Source: Thermoclostridium sp. (GTDB lineage: Bacteria > Bacillota > Clostridia > DSM-8532). From it: a DNA stretch of 51,679 nucleotides. A program made the translations under genes and the position numbers. Location of the stretch: positions 1 to 51,679 of the forward strand of contig DASRMZ010000009.1 of assembly GCA_035647675.1 (NCBI GenBank), given 5' to 3'. Below, one piece after another: positions 30,357 through 40,955 of this stretch. Numbering within the stretch: position 1 is the stretch's first letter; every line of letters starts with the position of its first letter. The notes beneath the pieces were generated by a model. The model did not search any database. It was not told where the DNA came from and worked only from the letters and a program-made list of their open reading frames with translations.

Positions 30357-32741
30357 ATGAACGAGAAGGTTATAAAAGTATTAGAATATAATAAAATCAT
30401 TGAAAAACTAAAGGATAGTGCCTCAAGTGCTTTAGGGAAGGGTTTAGCTGAGCAACTTAAACCATTTACAAGCTATGAGGAGGTAATACAAGCTCAAAAT
30501 GAAACCACCGATGCTGTAACCTGTGTACTAAGAAAAGGGACACCACCACTTGGTGGAATTCACGAAGTCAGATCATTTATTCGTCGGGCACAGTCAAGTG
30601 GTATGCTTAACCCTGGCGAATTGTTAATGATAGCAGATGTGCTTCGTGCATCAAGGAAATTGAAGGGATATATTACACAGGACAAGATAGAGCTAAATGA
30701 AACAAATTCTATCTATGCTCTATGCAGTAGTTTAGGTACGAATAGAACACTTGAAGACCGACTGAATCAATCGATAGAATCGGAAGATAGATTGTCAGAT
30801 TATGCAAGCTCGGCTCTTGCATCAATACGAAGGAATATCCGTCGCATGCAGGATTCAATAAAGGATAAGCTAAACAGCATTACTCGTTCATCACAGAATA
30901 AAAAATACATGCAGGATGCTGTTGTCACATTAAGAGGGGATCGTTATGTTATTCCCGTGAAGCAGGAGCATCGGAACCAAATCCCGGGACTTGTCCATGA
31001 CATGTCATCAAGTGGAGCAACATTGTTTGTTGAGCCTATGGCAGTGGTTGAGGCAAATAATGAAATCCGTCAATTGCAAAACAAAGAAGAGCAGGAAGTA
31101 GAGCGTATACTGATGGAGTTAACGGGTGAGGTAGCAAATATTGGCGATATGCTATTGGGGAATGTTCAATTGCTGGCGCAAATAGACTTTGCATTCGCAA
31201 AGGCAAAATTAAGTCTAACTATGGATGCTGTCGAGCCGGTTATAAATAAGGGATGTCGTATTGTTATAAAAAAAGGAAGGCATCCACTAATAGATCCCAA
31301 AGAGGTTGTAGCTGTTGATATTAGCCTTGGTGAAGACTTTTCTACAATGGTAATTACCGGTCCTAATACCGGTGGTAAAACAGTAACGTTAAAAACAACA
31401 GGACTATTTGTGCTTATGACCCAGGCAGGGCTTCATATACCCGCAGCAGAGCGCAGTGAAATGGGTGTTTTTCGTAAAGTCTTCGCAGATATTGGTGATG
31501 AACAAAGCATAGAACAAAGCCTTAGTACATTTTCATCACATATGACTAACATTGTTAGCATCCTAAAGGAAGTAGATGATGGTTCACTTGTATTGTTTGA
31601 TGAGCTTGGAGCGGGGACTGATCCTACAGAAGGAGCAGCTCTTGCCATAGCCATATTGGAACGCCTTACAAATCAGGGAATCAGGACAATGGCAACAACG
31701 CATTACAGTGAATTGAAGCTTTATGCGATGACAACACCTGGTGTTCAAAACGCATGTTGTGAATTCGATGTTGAGACACTACGGCCGACATATAGGCTCC
31801 TTGTAGGTATACCCGGTAAGAGTAATGCCTTTGCTATATCAAAAAGGCTTGGTCTTGATGATGGAATTATAGGAGAGGCTAAAAGCTTGCTATCAGGTGA
31901 AGATATCCAGTTTGAAGAAGTGTTGTCCGATATAGAAACGAAACGTTTAGAAACTGAAAAAGAACTCGAGCATGCCTCTAAGGCAAAACAGGAAATTGAA
32001 AAAATAAAAGAAGCATCTCATGAGCAAAAAAATAGAATAGAAACTGAAAAGGATCAGATCCTTAACCAAGCCAGAAAAGAAGCAAGAAGTATTCTTTTAG
32101 GTGCCAGACGTGAAGCCGATGATATAATGGAAAGACTTAAAGAGCTTGAAAAAGCTCAACAGCAAAGACTATTAGACTCCGAGGTTATGCAGATTAAGCA
32201 TGACATGCGTCGGAAAATCAATGAGCTGGATGCGCGTATGGCTGAATCGGCACTTCCGCGCAAAGGATATGCAAAGCCACCTAAAAATCTTAAAGCTGGT
32301 GATTCGGTAATGATTATTAATTTGAATCGAAGGGGCACGGTAATGGATGGTCCCGATAAGGATGGAAATGTTATTATTCAGGTTGGAATAATGAAAGTAA
32401 ACATGCATATTACACAGTTAAAAGTTATTGACGAACAAAAAGAACTCGTGGATAATATTCAAAACACAAGAATATCTGGTGTGAAGTCTGGCAATGTCGG
32501 GCTAGAATTAGATATACGCGGCTGTAATATAGAAGAAGCAAGAGAGAAGATAAGCAAGTACCTCGATGACGTTACAATTGCAGGATTACACGAGGTAACA
32601 ATTATTCATGGAAAGGGTACAGGTGCTTTAAGAAAAGGTGTCCACGAAATTTTGAAAAGTAATCCTCATGTAAAAACCTTTAGACTTGGTAAATATGGTG
32701 AAGGTGAATCGGGTGTTACCGTGGTAAAAATTAGAGATTAA
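30357..32741 (+). CDS. mutS2: Endonuclease MutS2
   Basis: ITGPNTGGKTVTLK, DIGDEQSIEQSLSTFSSHM, DELGAGTDP, and a C-terminal Smr domain (IIHGKGTGALR). Confidence 0.96.
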   Translation: MNEKVIKVLEYNKIIEKLKDSASSALGKGLAEQLKPFTSYEEVIQAQNETTDAVTCVLRKGTPPLGGIHEVRSFIRRAQSSGMLNPGELLMIADVLRASRKLKGYITQDKIELNETNSIYALCSSLGTNRTLEDRLNQSIESEDRLSDYASSALASIRRNIRRMQDSIKDKLNSITRSSQNKKYMQDAVVTLRGDRYVIPVKQEHRNQIPGLVHDMSSSGATLFVEPMAVVEANNEIRQLQNKEEQEVERILMELTGEVANIGDMLLGNVQLLAQIDFAFAKAKLSLTMDAVEPVINKGCRIVIKKGRHPLIDPKEVVAVDISLGEDFSTMVITGPNTGGKTVTLKTTGLFVLMTQAGLHIPAAERSEMGVFRKVFADIGDEQSIEQSLSTFSSHMTNIVSILKEVDDGSLVLFDELGAGTDPTEGAALAIAILERLTNQGIRTMATTHYSELKLYAMTTPGVQNACCEFDVETLRPTYRLLVGIPGKSNAFAISKRLGLDDGIIGEAKSLLSGEDIQFEEVLSDIETKRLETEKELEHASKAKQEIEKIKEASHEQKNRIETEKDQILNQARKEARSILLGARREADDIMERLKELEKAQQQRLLDSEVMQIKHDMRRKINELDARMAESALPRKGYAKPPKNLKAGDSVMIINLNRRGTVMDGPDKDGNVIIQVGIMKVNMHITQLKVIDEQKELVDNIQNTRISGVKSGNVGLELDIRGCNIEEAREKISKYLDDVTIAGLHEVTIIHGKGTGALRKGVHEILKSNPHVKTFRLGKYGEGESGVTVVKIRD

Positions 32742-32743
32742 AC

Positions 32744-33111
32744 GTTATAGTGCACAGCTAACCAGAGAGATATAGCTGTGCACTAACGGAAAATTTACTA
32801 TTCACATGTATATCTCAAAATAAGTAGGGGGAGATTCGGGTGCTTTTGTTGACGCCAGAGGTAATGCTTCGAAGCCAATGCTGCCTACTCTACATATGAA
32901 ACGTGATAATGAGCGACCCATGAGCCTTTGACCACTCACTTAGAGTCTTGCGCAATTTAAGGTGTTGTATTAGATTTAGTGCTTTTGCCGCCAAGGAAAC
33001 AAATCACCCGAAGCATGCCCCCGGGATGGGTAAGCCGCAACTCAGAAAAATGTTTTTGAATATTCTAGTTGCATTTTTGCTCAAACCATCGGCGTTAAAA
33101 CCTTGCCTTGA
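32744..33111. repeat. Family-1 element (copy B, inverted relative to A)
   Basis: Reverse complement aligns to ~14040-14390 over more than 300 nt; the terminus has a 13-bp hairpin TAGTGCACAGCTA/TAGCTGTGCACTA. Confidence 0.88.
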
Positions 33112-33234
33112 AAAAAACAATGGATTAAGATAGTATGATACATAAAAGAATACATATAAATGTCTTGTTAATTTTAAGCATACATAGCGCACAAACAACG
33201 CCAAAAAGTGGCGAGCAATTGGAGGATTTTGATA

Positions 33235-35169
33235 GTGAATAGTAAAAAATACTACATTACAACACCAATATATTACCCAAGCGGCAAGCTTCATATAGGT
33301 CATTCCTATACAACAGTGGCTGCCGATGTTATGGCTAGATATAAAAGGCTTCAGGGATATGATGTAATGTTCGTAACTGGTACTGACGAGCATGGTCAAA
33401 AAATCGAGAGGGTAGCTAAGGAAGAAGGCGTATCTCCTAAAGAGTATGTTGATCACATTGTTGATGGTATAAAAGATTTATGGTCTTTGATGAAGATTAC
33501 AAACGACAAGTTTATTCGTACCACCGATCAAGAGCATGTAGCTGCTGTACAGAGGATCTTTAAAAAGTTATACGATAAAGGTGATATATATAAAAGCAAA
33601 TATGAGGGATGGTATTGTACACCTTGTGAGTCCTTCTGGACAGAAACCCAGCTTAAGGATGGTAAGTGCCCTGATTGTAATCGTGAGGTGGAACTAACTC
33701 AAGAGGAAAGCTACTTTTTCCAACTTTCTAAATATCAAGATCGCCTTATAGAGTATTACCAAGAGCATCCGGATTTTATCCAGCCTATATCACGAAAAAA
33801 TGAAATGATAAATAATTTTATAAAACCCGGTCTTGAGGATCTATGTGTATCGCGGACATCCTTTAACTGGGGTGTACCGGTAACATTTGACGAAAAGCAT
33901 GTTGTTTATGTATGGATTGATGCTCTGTCAAATTATATTACTGCACTTGGATATTTATCAGATGACGATGAGGACTTCAAAAAGTACTGGCCAGCAGACG
34001 TTCACCTTGTAGGCAAGGAAATTGTGCGTTTTCATACCATTATCTGGCCTGTGATGTTAATGGCTCTTGATTTGCCATTACCTAAACAAGTGTATGGTCA
34101 TGGTTGGCTTATATTAGAGGGCGGGAAAATGTCTAAATCAAAAGGTAATGTGGTTGACCCTGTAGTACTCGTTGAAAAATATGGTTTAGACGCAATTAGA
34201 TATTTTTTACTTAGAGAGGTTCCTTTTGGCTCTGATGGTGTATTTTCTAACGAAGCTTTGATCCAAAGGATCAATTCAGACCTTGCCAACGATTTAGGAA
34301 ACCTGATAAGCAGAACGGCTGCGATGATTCTAAAGTACTTTGACGGTGCCATTCCACAGGAAAAACAAAAGGATGATATCGACAATTATTTAATAAAGAC
34401 CGTTATAGAAACCCCGGAAAAAGTAGAAAACCTGTTGGAACAGCTCCAATTCAACACCGCTTTGCAGGAGATTTGGAAGGCTGTATCACGTACAAATAAA
34501 TATATAGATGAAACCACACCATGGATTCTTGCAAGGGATGAAAATAATAAACCTCGATTAGCTCAGGTTTTATACAATCTTACCGAGAGTATAAGGATTA
34601 TATCCATATTAATCCAGCCATTTATGCCTGATACCCCAGAAAAAATATGGGAGCAGTTCAGTATTTGTGAAGACTGTAGAAGCTGGGATAGTGCTAAAAC
34701 ATGGGGTAAATACAGAGCAAGTGAAAAGGTAGTTGAAAAAGCCCCAATGTTCCCGAGGATTGACTTAGAAAAGGAACTGGCTGAGCTTGATAAAATGAAC
34801 ACCATTGTTCAAGAGGATGAAAGCGAGGATATTCCAGCGATATTAACACAGGTTGGGATAGAGGACTTTGCTAAGCTGGACTTAAGAGTTGCCAAAGTGC
34901 TTTCATGTGAAAAGGTGAAGAAGTCAAATAAACTGTTGAAATTACAGTTGGATATTGGTATTGAAACTCGTCAGGTTGTATCGGGTATTGCAAAATATTA
35001 TACGCCCGAAGAATTAGTTGGCAAAAAGGTTATAATGATAGCAAATTTAAAGCCCGCTAAGTTGATGGGTATTGAATCTCAAGGCATGATTTTGGCGGCA
35101 AGCAATGAAAGTGAGCTTGTTTTAGCCACTATAGATAAGGATATTCCGGTTGGCACCAAGCTAAGCTAA
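33235..35169 (+). CDS. metG: Methionyl-tRNA synthetase
   Basis: YYITTPIYYPSGKLHIGH, zinc knuckle CTPCE...CPDC, KMSKS, C-terminal tRNA-binding OB domain. Confidence 0.98.
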   Translation: MNSKKYYITTPIYYPSGKLHIGHSYTTVAADVMARYKRLQGYDVMFVTGTDEHGQKIERVAKEEGVSPKEYVDHIVDGIKDLWSLMKITNDKFIRTTDQEHVAAVQRIFKKLYDKGDIYKSKYEGWYCTPCESFWTETQLKDGKCPDCNREVELTQEESYFFQLSKYQDRLIEYYQEHPDFIQPISRKNEMINNFIKPGLEDLCVSRTSFNWGVPVTFDEKHVVYVWIDALSNYITALGYLSDDDEDFKKYWPADVHLVGKEIVRFHTIIWPVMLMALDLPLPKQVYGHGWLILEGGKMSKSKGNVVDPVVLVEKYGLDAIRYFLLREVPFGSDGVFSNEALIQRINSDLANDLGNLISRTAAMILKYFDGAIPQEKQKDDIDNYLIKTVIETPEKVENLLEQLQFNTALQEIWKAVSRTNKYIDETTPWILARDENNKPRLAQVLYNLTESIRIISILIQPFMPDTPEKIWEQFSICEDCRSWDSAKTWGKYRASEKVVEKAPMFPRIDLEKELAELDKMNTIVQEDESEDIPAILTQVGIEDFAKLDLRVAKVLSCEKVKKSNKLLKLQLDIGIETRQVVSGIAKYYTPEELVGKKVIMIANLKPAKLMGIESQGMILAASNESELVLATIDKDIPVGTKLS

Positions 35170-35379
35170 TATGTTATGGGTTATAATAGGATGGAAAAGC
35201 ATACGAAGAGAAGAAAGCTAGGAAGTTTGGTTTAACGCATTTGAGACTTTTTAGCCTGCAAATATATTTCCGATGTTTGCAGATTGAATTATGGAAAGTT
35301 AATAAATTAGTTAAATATATAACTAGAGGTAAAGCTTTTACAATAAAAAGGCATTAGAAGGAAGTAGCGAGGAAATTAA

Positions 35380-36150
35380 ATGATAGTTGACTCTCATGCC
35401 CACTATGATGATAAGCAGTTTGATACAGATAGGGCAGATGTACTAAAAAGAGTACAGCAGCAAGGGGTAACGCGGGTGGTAAATCCGGCAAGCAATTTAA
35501 TCTCTGCTCAAAGGTGTATTGAGTTATCTGAGGAATATGATTTTGTGTATTGCGCTGTAGGTATTCACCCCCATGATTCACAGGAATACTCCCAGCAAAG
35601 TGAGGAAATAATTCGTGAAATGGCAGCTCATAAGAAGGTTGTTGCTATAGGTGAAATAGGATTGGATTACCATTATGACTTTTCCCCAAGGGATATACAA
35701 AAACAGTGTTTTGCAGCCCATATTCAATTAGCATTGCAATTGAATCTCCCAATGATTATTCATAATAGAGAATCGCATAAAGACATATTAGATATTATAA
35801 GGGCTGAAAAAGGTTTTAATGCAGGTGGAGTTTTCCACTGCTTTACGGGAAGTGTTGAAATGGCGAAGGAAGTACTTGACATGGGTTTTTATATTGCGTT
35901 GGGTGGAGCTGTAACATTTAAAAATGCAAAAAGACCTGTTGAGGTCGCTAGATATGTACCTATAGATAGGCTTCTTGTGGAGACTGATAGCCCATATATG
36001 GCACCTGTACCCCATAGAGGCAAAAGAAATGATTCTGGGTATCTAAATGAGATTATTCAAAAGATTTCAGAGATTCGTAATTCTGATTTTGATGATATAG
36101 CTAACAAAACAGCTCAAAATGCAAACAAGCTATTTGGCCTGGACCTATAG
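35380..36150 (+). CDS. tatD: TatD family DNase
   Basis: DSHAH, GIHPH, GEIGLDY, HCFTG, ETDSPY. Confidence 0.95.
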   Translation: MIVDSHAHYDDKQFDTDRADVLKRVQQQGVTRVVNPASNLISAQRCIELSEEYDFVYCAVGIHPHDSQEYSQQSEEIIREMAAHKKVVAIGEIGLDYHYDFSPRDIQKQCFAAHIQLALQLNLPMIIHNRESHKDILDIIRAEKGFNAGGVFHCFTGSVEMAKEVLDMGFYIALGGAVTFKNAKRPVEVARYVPIDRLLVETDSPYMAPVPHRGKRNDSGYLNEIIQKISEIRNSDFDDIANKTAQNANKLFGLDL

Positions 36151-36303
36151 CTAAAAGTGTAACAATATATCTACAAGACATAGCACACGTATATATCGTC
36201 CATGCTTTTTGTGTATTAACTGTATGGCTTTGATAGTGTAAAGCAACTACGGAAACTGCAACAAAGAAGGACTGAAACTGAAAGTTCAACAGGAGGATGG
36301 AAT

Positions 36304-37068
36304 ATGAAACGTTTTGTTGTGATTATTACCTCTCTACTGCTTATTTTTGTTTTTATTGCACTTAATTATCTTTTGTGGGACAGGGAAAGCCTTGTTACAT
36401 TAAGGGAGTCTAACCAAGCTAGTATTGATGCCTTAAGCCGTATTAATATGAATTTAAGTGAAGAAAATAACAAGCTACAACTGCAAACCGAGGAGCTTAG
36501 AGAGGAAATTACAGATCTTGAAAGGAAAGTAATTGGACTTGAAGAGAGCTCACGCGAACAGCAGCTTGTTATGGATTGGCAAAAAGAATTTATATTAACA
36601 TTGAAAGATAAAATTAATCCAGAACCTGTTCGAATAGAAGCAATAGATTGGATAAGTTCAATATCTGAAGAACAATTCGATAAATCATATCACAAATCAA
36701 CTACACTTTGTAAATTTTGGGGAAATAGTTGGACGCCAAAATCATTTGCAAATTATTTTGAGGAAAATGTAGAAGATATTCGGTTAATTATGGATATAGA
36801 TAGTAATGACCCATTAATTGAGATAATCCCAGAACAAACCGTAGACTACAACATTAGGGCCCTTATTCATACTCAGGTGGTTTTAAAAGAAGAGGCAATT
36901 GATGAATATTTGCAAGATGGAGTAAATATTATTAAATTGGACTTTACATACAGCGATAGATTGGAACAGTGGGTTATAATTTCTGTAAATTCGGAAAGTG
37001 TTGAAGCAACTGACGATGTTGAGTCTTATGCAGGAGATAGCTCAATAAATGAAAGTGAGAAAGAATAA
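36304..37068 (+). CDS. Hypothetical membrane-anchored coiled-coil protein
   Basis: AGGAGG RBS; N-terminal hydrophobic helix, coiled coil, alpha/beta C-terminal domain. Confidence 0.8.
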   Translation: MKRFVVIITSLLLIFVFIALNYLLWDRESLVTLRESNQASIDALSRINMNLSEENNKLQLQTEELREEITDLERKVIGLEESSREQQLVMDWQKEFILTLKDKINPEPVRIEAIDWISSISEEQFDKSYHKSTTLCKFWGNSWTPKSFANYFEENVEDIRLIMDIDSNDPLIEIIPEQTVDYNIRALIHTQVVLKEEAIDEYLQDGVNIIKLDFTYSDRLEQWVIISVNSESVEATDDVESYAGDSSINESEKE

Positions 37069-37136
37069 CAGAAGGAGATAATTAGGGTATTATGTATACC
37101 AAAAGCCTATTTTAGGCAGAAAATGCAGTATTTGAT

Positions 37137-37165
37137 TTGACAGATCATGGTTAATAGTCTATTAT
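37137..37165 (+). promoter_or_regulatory. Putative sigma-A promoter of the yabE-like gene
   Basis: TTGACA-N17-TATTAT. Confidence 0.75.
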
Positions 37166-37167
37166 TG

Positions 37168-37345
37168 TGTGAATTGTGATTACCATGGGGAGGTAACGCA
37201 AAGGAATCCCAGTAACCCCTGTAAATATAGGGGGGTATTATCCGGTACAAAACGGTAATAATTACAGAGAGAAACCGTTAAACTGACAAGCTCCGGATAC
37301 TTATGAGATTCACCATGTAAAGGCAAGGAGGAATGCCTTTACATG
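37168..37345 (+). ncRNA. Candidate structured 5' leader RNA of the yabE-like gene
   Basis: Several nested or adjacent stems between promoter and start codon, including a perfect 12-bp hairpin at 37314-37345. Confidence 0.45.
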
Positions 37346-37367
37346 AGATAATGAAAGGAAGTTGATA

Positions 37368-38504
37368 ATGAAAAAGCTTAAAATAAAAAGCAACTTACCC
37401 CCACACCAGAACATTGCCATGAAAATAGCGAATTTTATTAAGCGTTATACCTATGTTTTTATACTGATAGCTACGATCACAATATCTATCACGATAGGGT
37501 ATAATATATATGACACGTTAAAAAAGGACATCAAGGTTGTCGATGGAGAAAGCGAAATAAACATTTCGACTATGGGGGAAGATCTTAAAACCGCATTCGA
37601 ACAAGCAGAGATTTCTGTTGAATCATATGATTACATTAGTTCACCACTTTCAGCTAAATTATCAAATGACGATATTGAAAAGGTTCAAATTAAGCGAGCT
37701 GTTCCTGTTGATATCACTGTTGATGGAAATACAACCGAAGTAATGACATATCTTGATACGGTGGCAGAAACGATAAAGAACAACGGAATAGTATTGGCAC
37801 CATTGGATAAGGTTGAAGGTACAGAACTAGATGATCCCATTAGTGCCGGAATGGAAATAAAAATTGTTCGGGTAAAAGAGGAAGTGCTGACGGAACTTGA
37901 AGATATACCATATGCGATAGAGGAAACTCCCAACGAGAAGATGAACCAAGGAGAAAAGAAGCTCATTCAAGCTGGTATTGAAGGGATTCTAGAAAAAAAC
38001 TACAAATTAACATACGAGGATGGAGTTATCAAATCCCGTGAGTTTATGGAAGAGAAAATAATTGAAGACCCTATAATTGAGAAAACGGAATACGGTATAG
38101 TACCTAATTTTCAAACCTCCCGTGGTGAGCTTGTCAGATATTCAAAGGTGCTAGATATGCGAGCAACTGCTTATACCGCATCATTTGAGGATACTGGGAA
38201 ACACCCGGATCACCCTCAATTTGGGATTTGTTATACTGGGATGAAAGCAAGAGAAGGTGTTATAGCAGTTGATCCTAAAGTGATTCCCCTTCATACAAGG
38301 CTCTATGTAGAAATAGTAGGGGACACTCCTGATTACGGTTTTGCTTATGCTGGGGATATTGGGAGTGCAATTAAAGGAGATTTAATTGATTTATATCTAG
38401 ATACAAGTGGAGCTGTACGTAAATGGGGAGTTAAAAAAGTTAGAGTGTATATTCTAAATGAGCAAAATGACAACAGATGGAAAGAGACAGATTATATAAA
38501 GTAA
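37368..38504 (+). CDS. yabE: YabE/SpsB-like cell-wall protein (DUF348 repeats, G5 and 3D domains)
   Basis: TM anchor, ubiquitin-like DUF348 repeats, G5, 3D domain (MRATAY...VIAVDPKVIPL...DIGSAIKGDLIDLY); metG-tatD-yabE-rsmA synteny. Confidence 0.85.
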   Translation: MKKLKIKSNLPPHQNIAMKIANFIKRYTYVFILIATITISITIGYNIYDTLKKDIKVVDGESEINISTMGEDLKTAFEQAEISVESYDYISSPLSAKLSNDDIEKVQIKRAVPVDITVDGNTTEVMTYLDTVAETIKNNGIVLAPLDKVEGTELDDPISAGMEIKIVRVKEEVLTELEDIPYAIEETPNEKMNQGEKKLIQAGIEGILEKNYKLTYEDGVIKSREFMEEKIIEDPIIEKTEYGIVPNFQTSRGELVRYSKVLDMRATAYTASFEDTGKHPDHPQFGICYTGMKAREGVIAVDPKVIPLHTRLYVEIVGDTPDYGFAYAGDIGSAIKGDLIDLYLDTSGAVRKWGVKKVRVYILNEQNDNRWKETDYIK

Positions 38505-38530
38505 GTAATAAATAATTAATTTGCTTATGT

Positions 38531-38561
38531 GCCGGAACAGAAATGTTCCGGTATAGTTTTT
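38531..38561 (+). terminator. Possible terminator after yabE
   Basis: CCGGAACA-GAAA-TGTTCCGG hairpin followed by TATAGTTTTT. Confidence 0.5.
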
Positions 38562-38601
38562 GTATAATATCGTAAAATGTTCATAACAGGGAGTGACATG
38601 G

Positions 38602-39438
38602 GTGATAAACACAAATGAAATATTAGCAAAACACAATATTCGCCTTACAAAATCATTAGGACAAAATTTTCTAACTGATGCTAATATTATTCGGAAGATT
38701 CTTGATGCTGGTATGCTTACCAAAGAGGATCTTGTTATTGAAATAGGCCCAGGTATTGGGGCATTGACAGTTTCAATTGCCCAAAGTGCAGGGAAGGTAA
38801 TAGCAATTGAGATAGATAAGAGCTTAATTCCCATACTTCATGACACTGCCGGACAATTTAAGAATGTAACCATAATTAATGATGATATTTTAAAAACAGA
38901 TATATCTTCATTAATTAGCGGCTGGCAAGGCAAGATAAAAGTTATTTCGAACCTACCATTTTATATTACAACTCCTGTAATTATGATGCTTTTAGAAGGC
39001 AATTTTCCTATAGAGCTAATGGTATTGATGGTGCAAAAGGAAGTGGCACAAAGAATGTCAGCTAAGCCTAAAACAAAGAATTATGGAGCATTATCAGTTG
39101 GTGTGCAAGCAGCAGGAATACCTAAAATGTTGTTTAATGTTTCGAATAATTGTTTTATACCCAAGCCCGATGTTGATTCAACTGTTATGCGCATTATGCT
39201 CACCGATCAATATAAAAAACAAATTATAGATTATAATGTGTTTCGCAAATGCGTTAAGGCAGCCTTTGCACAACGTAGAAAGACATTAGTAAATTCCATG
39301 AGTGGCACACTGCAAATAGATAAACAGCTTGTGAAAGATGTTATAGCAAAGCTCAATTTAAAGGAACAGACCAGAGGGGAAGAGCTGTCGGTGGAACAGT
39401 TTATTTCCCTATCAAACCTCATTTCTGAACATTTTTGA
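38602..39438 (+). CDS. rsmA: 16S rRNA dimethyladenosine transferase
   Basis: KSLGQNFL, IEIGPGIGALT, SNLPFYITTP, AFAQRRKTL. Confidence 0.97.
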   Translation: MINTNEILAKHNIRLTKSLGQNFLTDANIIRKILDAGMLTKEDLVIEIGPGIGALTVSIAQSAGKVIAIEIDKSLIPILHDTAGQFKNVTIINDDILKTDISSLISGWQGKIKVISNLPFYITTPVIMMLLEGNFPIELMVLMVQKEVAQRMSAKPKTKNYGALSVGVQAAGIPKMLFNVSNNCFIPKPDVDSTVMRIMLTDQYKKQIIDYNVFRKCVKAAFAQRRKTLVNSMSGTLQIDKQLVKDVIAKLNLKEQTRGEELSVEQFISLSNLISEHF

Positions 39439-39542
39439 ACACACATCCTATACTATAATTAATAGTGGTTTTTAATTATAGGTTTATTTTAAAATCTCCT
39501 TGCATATATATTATGAAGCAAATATGACGAGGAGGTATATTA

Positions 39543-40547
39543 ATGGAACGCCCAGAAAGTTTTAGGAAGTACATTATTCTTGAGCAACTAGATTCAGGGT
39601 TTGGTATACAGAGGGCTCCAGGAGGGTTTGTCCGCCTTGAAGGGAATCAAGAAGGAATAGGTATATCTGTCCAGATTAAATTTATCAAAGAAGGCACACA
39701 ACCCTATACCGTTGTCCTTATATATGATAAAGATGAAGAATTAGGAGTTTTTAGAGTTGGTACACTTCAGGTTGTCTCCGGCATAGCAAGCTATAGAAAG
39801 TTTCTTGACCATGATACAATAACATCTTTAGATATTAAACCTAATAAAATAAAATACATTCTTATTGTATCGGAGCATCAAGATAGGTTTTTTATTCCCT
39901 TGGTTGGCATGTGTAAAAAGGAAGTCCCGTGGGATGAAGTGGTTCGCCAACGCCTGATGAGAAAAGATAAAGAAGTTCAAAAGCACATAGAAAATAAACC
40001 AGCCCAAGGAAGCAAAACAGTTCAAAAAAGCAAACCGACGAAAGAGATTGAATGGGTACAAGAGAATAAATCAGCTCAAGAAAAAAACGAAGTATTTGAA
40101 GAAAATGTAAGGCCTCTGCCCCAAGAGGAGCATGCTAGGGAATCTCAGTATATAAATGAATATGAACTAGAGGATAATTTAAAGCAGTCTTTTGAGAAAA
40201 TGGACCCTTTTTCAAACCCTCGCCATGATTACTATTGGTATAGAGTGAACGATATAGCCAAGCTAAGCAATCTATTATACTCCAGCGGTGTAAAGGTACC
40301 GCTTTTTGCCAACCCAAAGATCCTTGTAGGGCTTTTTAAATATAGGCATTTGTTGGCGGGCTTTTATCGCTCAGATATAAATGATTTGAACTATTTTGTT
40401 TTAGGTGTTCCAGCAAAAGATGAAACAGATGGAAAACCATTTGAAAACATTTGCCTTTGGGTACCAACACAAAATACTGAATTTGGGGATATGGCTGGCT
40501 ATTGGCTGGTTTACATAAACTTAAAGAATGGAGAATTTGTAAGATAA
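39543..40547 (+). CDS. Hypothetical protein (two domains with a charged linker; C-terminus resembles clostridial DUF6128-type domains)
   Basis: AGGAGG RBS; 334 aa; KYRHLLAG...VLGVP...GYWL C-terminal motifs; family call is tentative. Confidence 0.75.
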   Translation: MERPESFRKYIILEQLDSGFGIQRAPGGFVRLEGNQEGIGISVQIKFIKEGTQPYTVVLIYDKDEELGVFRVGTLQVVSGIASYRKFLDHDTITSLDIKPNKIKYILIVSEHQDRFFIPLVGMCKKEVPWDEVVRQRLMRKDKEVQKHIENKPAQGSKTVQKSKPTKEIEWVQENKSAQEKNEVFEENVRPLPQEEHARESQYINEYELEDNLKQSFEKMDPFSNPRHDYYWYRVNDIAKLSNLLYSSGVKVPLFANPKILVGLFKYRHLLAGFYRSDINDLNYFVLGVPAKDETDGKPFENICLWVPTQNTEFGDMAGYWLVYINLKNGEFVR

Positions 40548-40572
40548 AATATATAATGGACGCTAAAAGGCT

Positions 40573-40791
40573 GCTCGCCCATCCCGGGGGAATGCTTCGG
40601 CTGATTTGTTTCCTTTGCGGCAAAAGCACTAAATCTAACGCAACGCCTTAAATTGTGCGATGCTTTTAGTGAGTGGTCAAAGGCTCACGGGTCACTCATT
40701 ATCACGTTTAATATGTAGGGTAGGCATCATGGACTTCGGAGCATTGCCGCTGGCGTCAACAAAAGCACCCGAATCTCCCCCTACTTAAATT
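40573..40791. repeat. Family-1 core hairpin (copy C)
   Basis: Nearly identical to 14116-14334. Confidence 0.92.
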
Positions 40792-40855
40792 ATATAGCCA
40801 GACTGTTCTTTTGTGTAAATATTGTACTATAGCATTGGTCATAAACTGCGTTTGC

Positions 40856-40909
40856 GCTCGCCCATCCCGGGGGAATGCTTCGGGTGATTTGTTTCCTTTG
40901 CGGCAAAAG
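40856..40909. repeat. Family-1 partial core (copy D), direct repeat of the start of copy C
   Basis: GCTCGCCCATCCCGGGGGAATGCTTCGGGTGATTTGTTTCCTTTGCGGCAAAAG. Confidence 0.9.
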
Positions 40910-40927
40910 ACGTACTGTTTTTTCAAA

Positions 40928-40955
40928 TTGACACAAAGTACCACTGTGATATAAT
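40928..40955 (+). promoter_or_regulatory. Putative sigma-A promoter of the ECF operon
   Basis: TTGACA-N16-TATAAT with a TG extension. Confidence 0.75.

Noticed and set aside
33111-33234. T-box leader for metG
   Set aside because: No T-box consensus or antiterminator is present in this short AT-rich region.
32948-33456. Short ORFs 32948-33133 and 33004-33456
   Set aside because: They are read through repeat copy B or antisense to metG, and lack an RBS or recognisable motifs.
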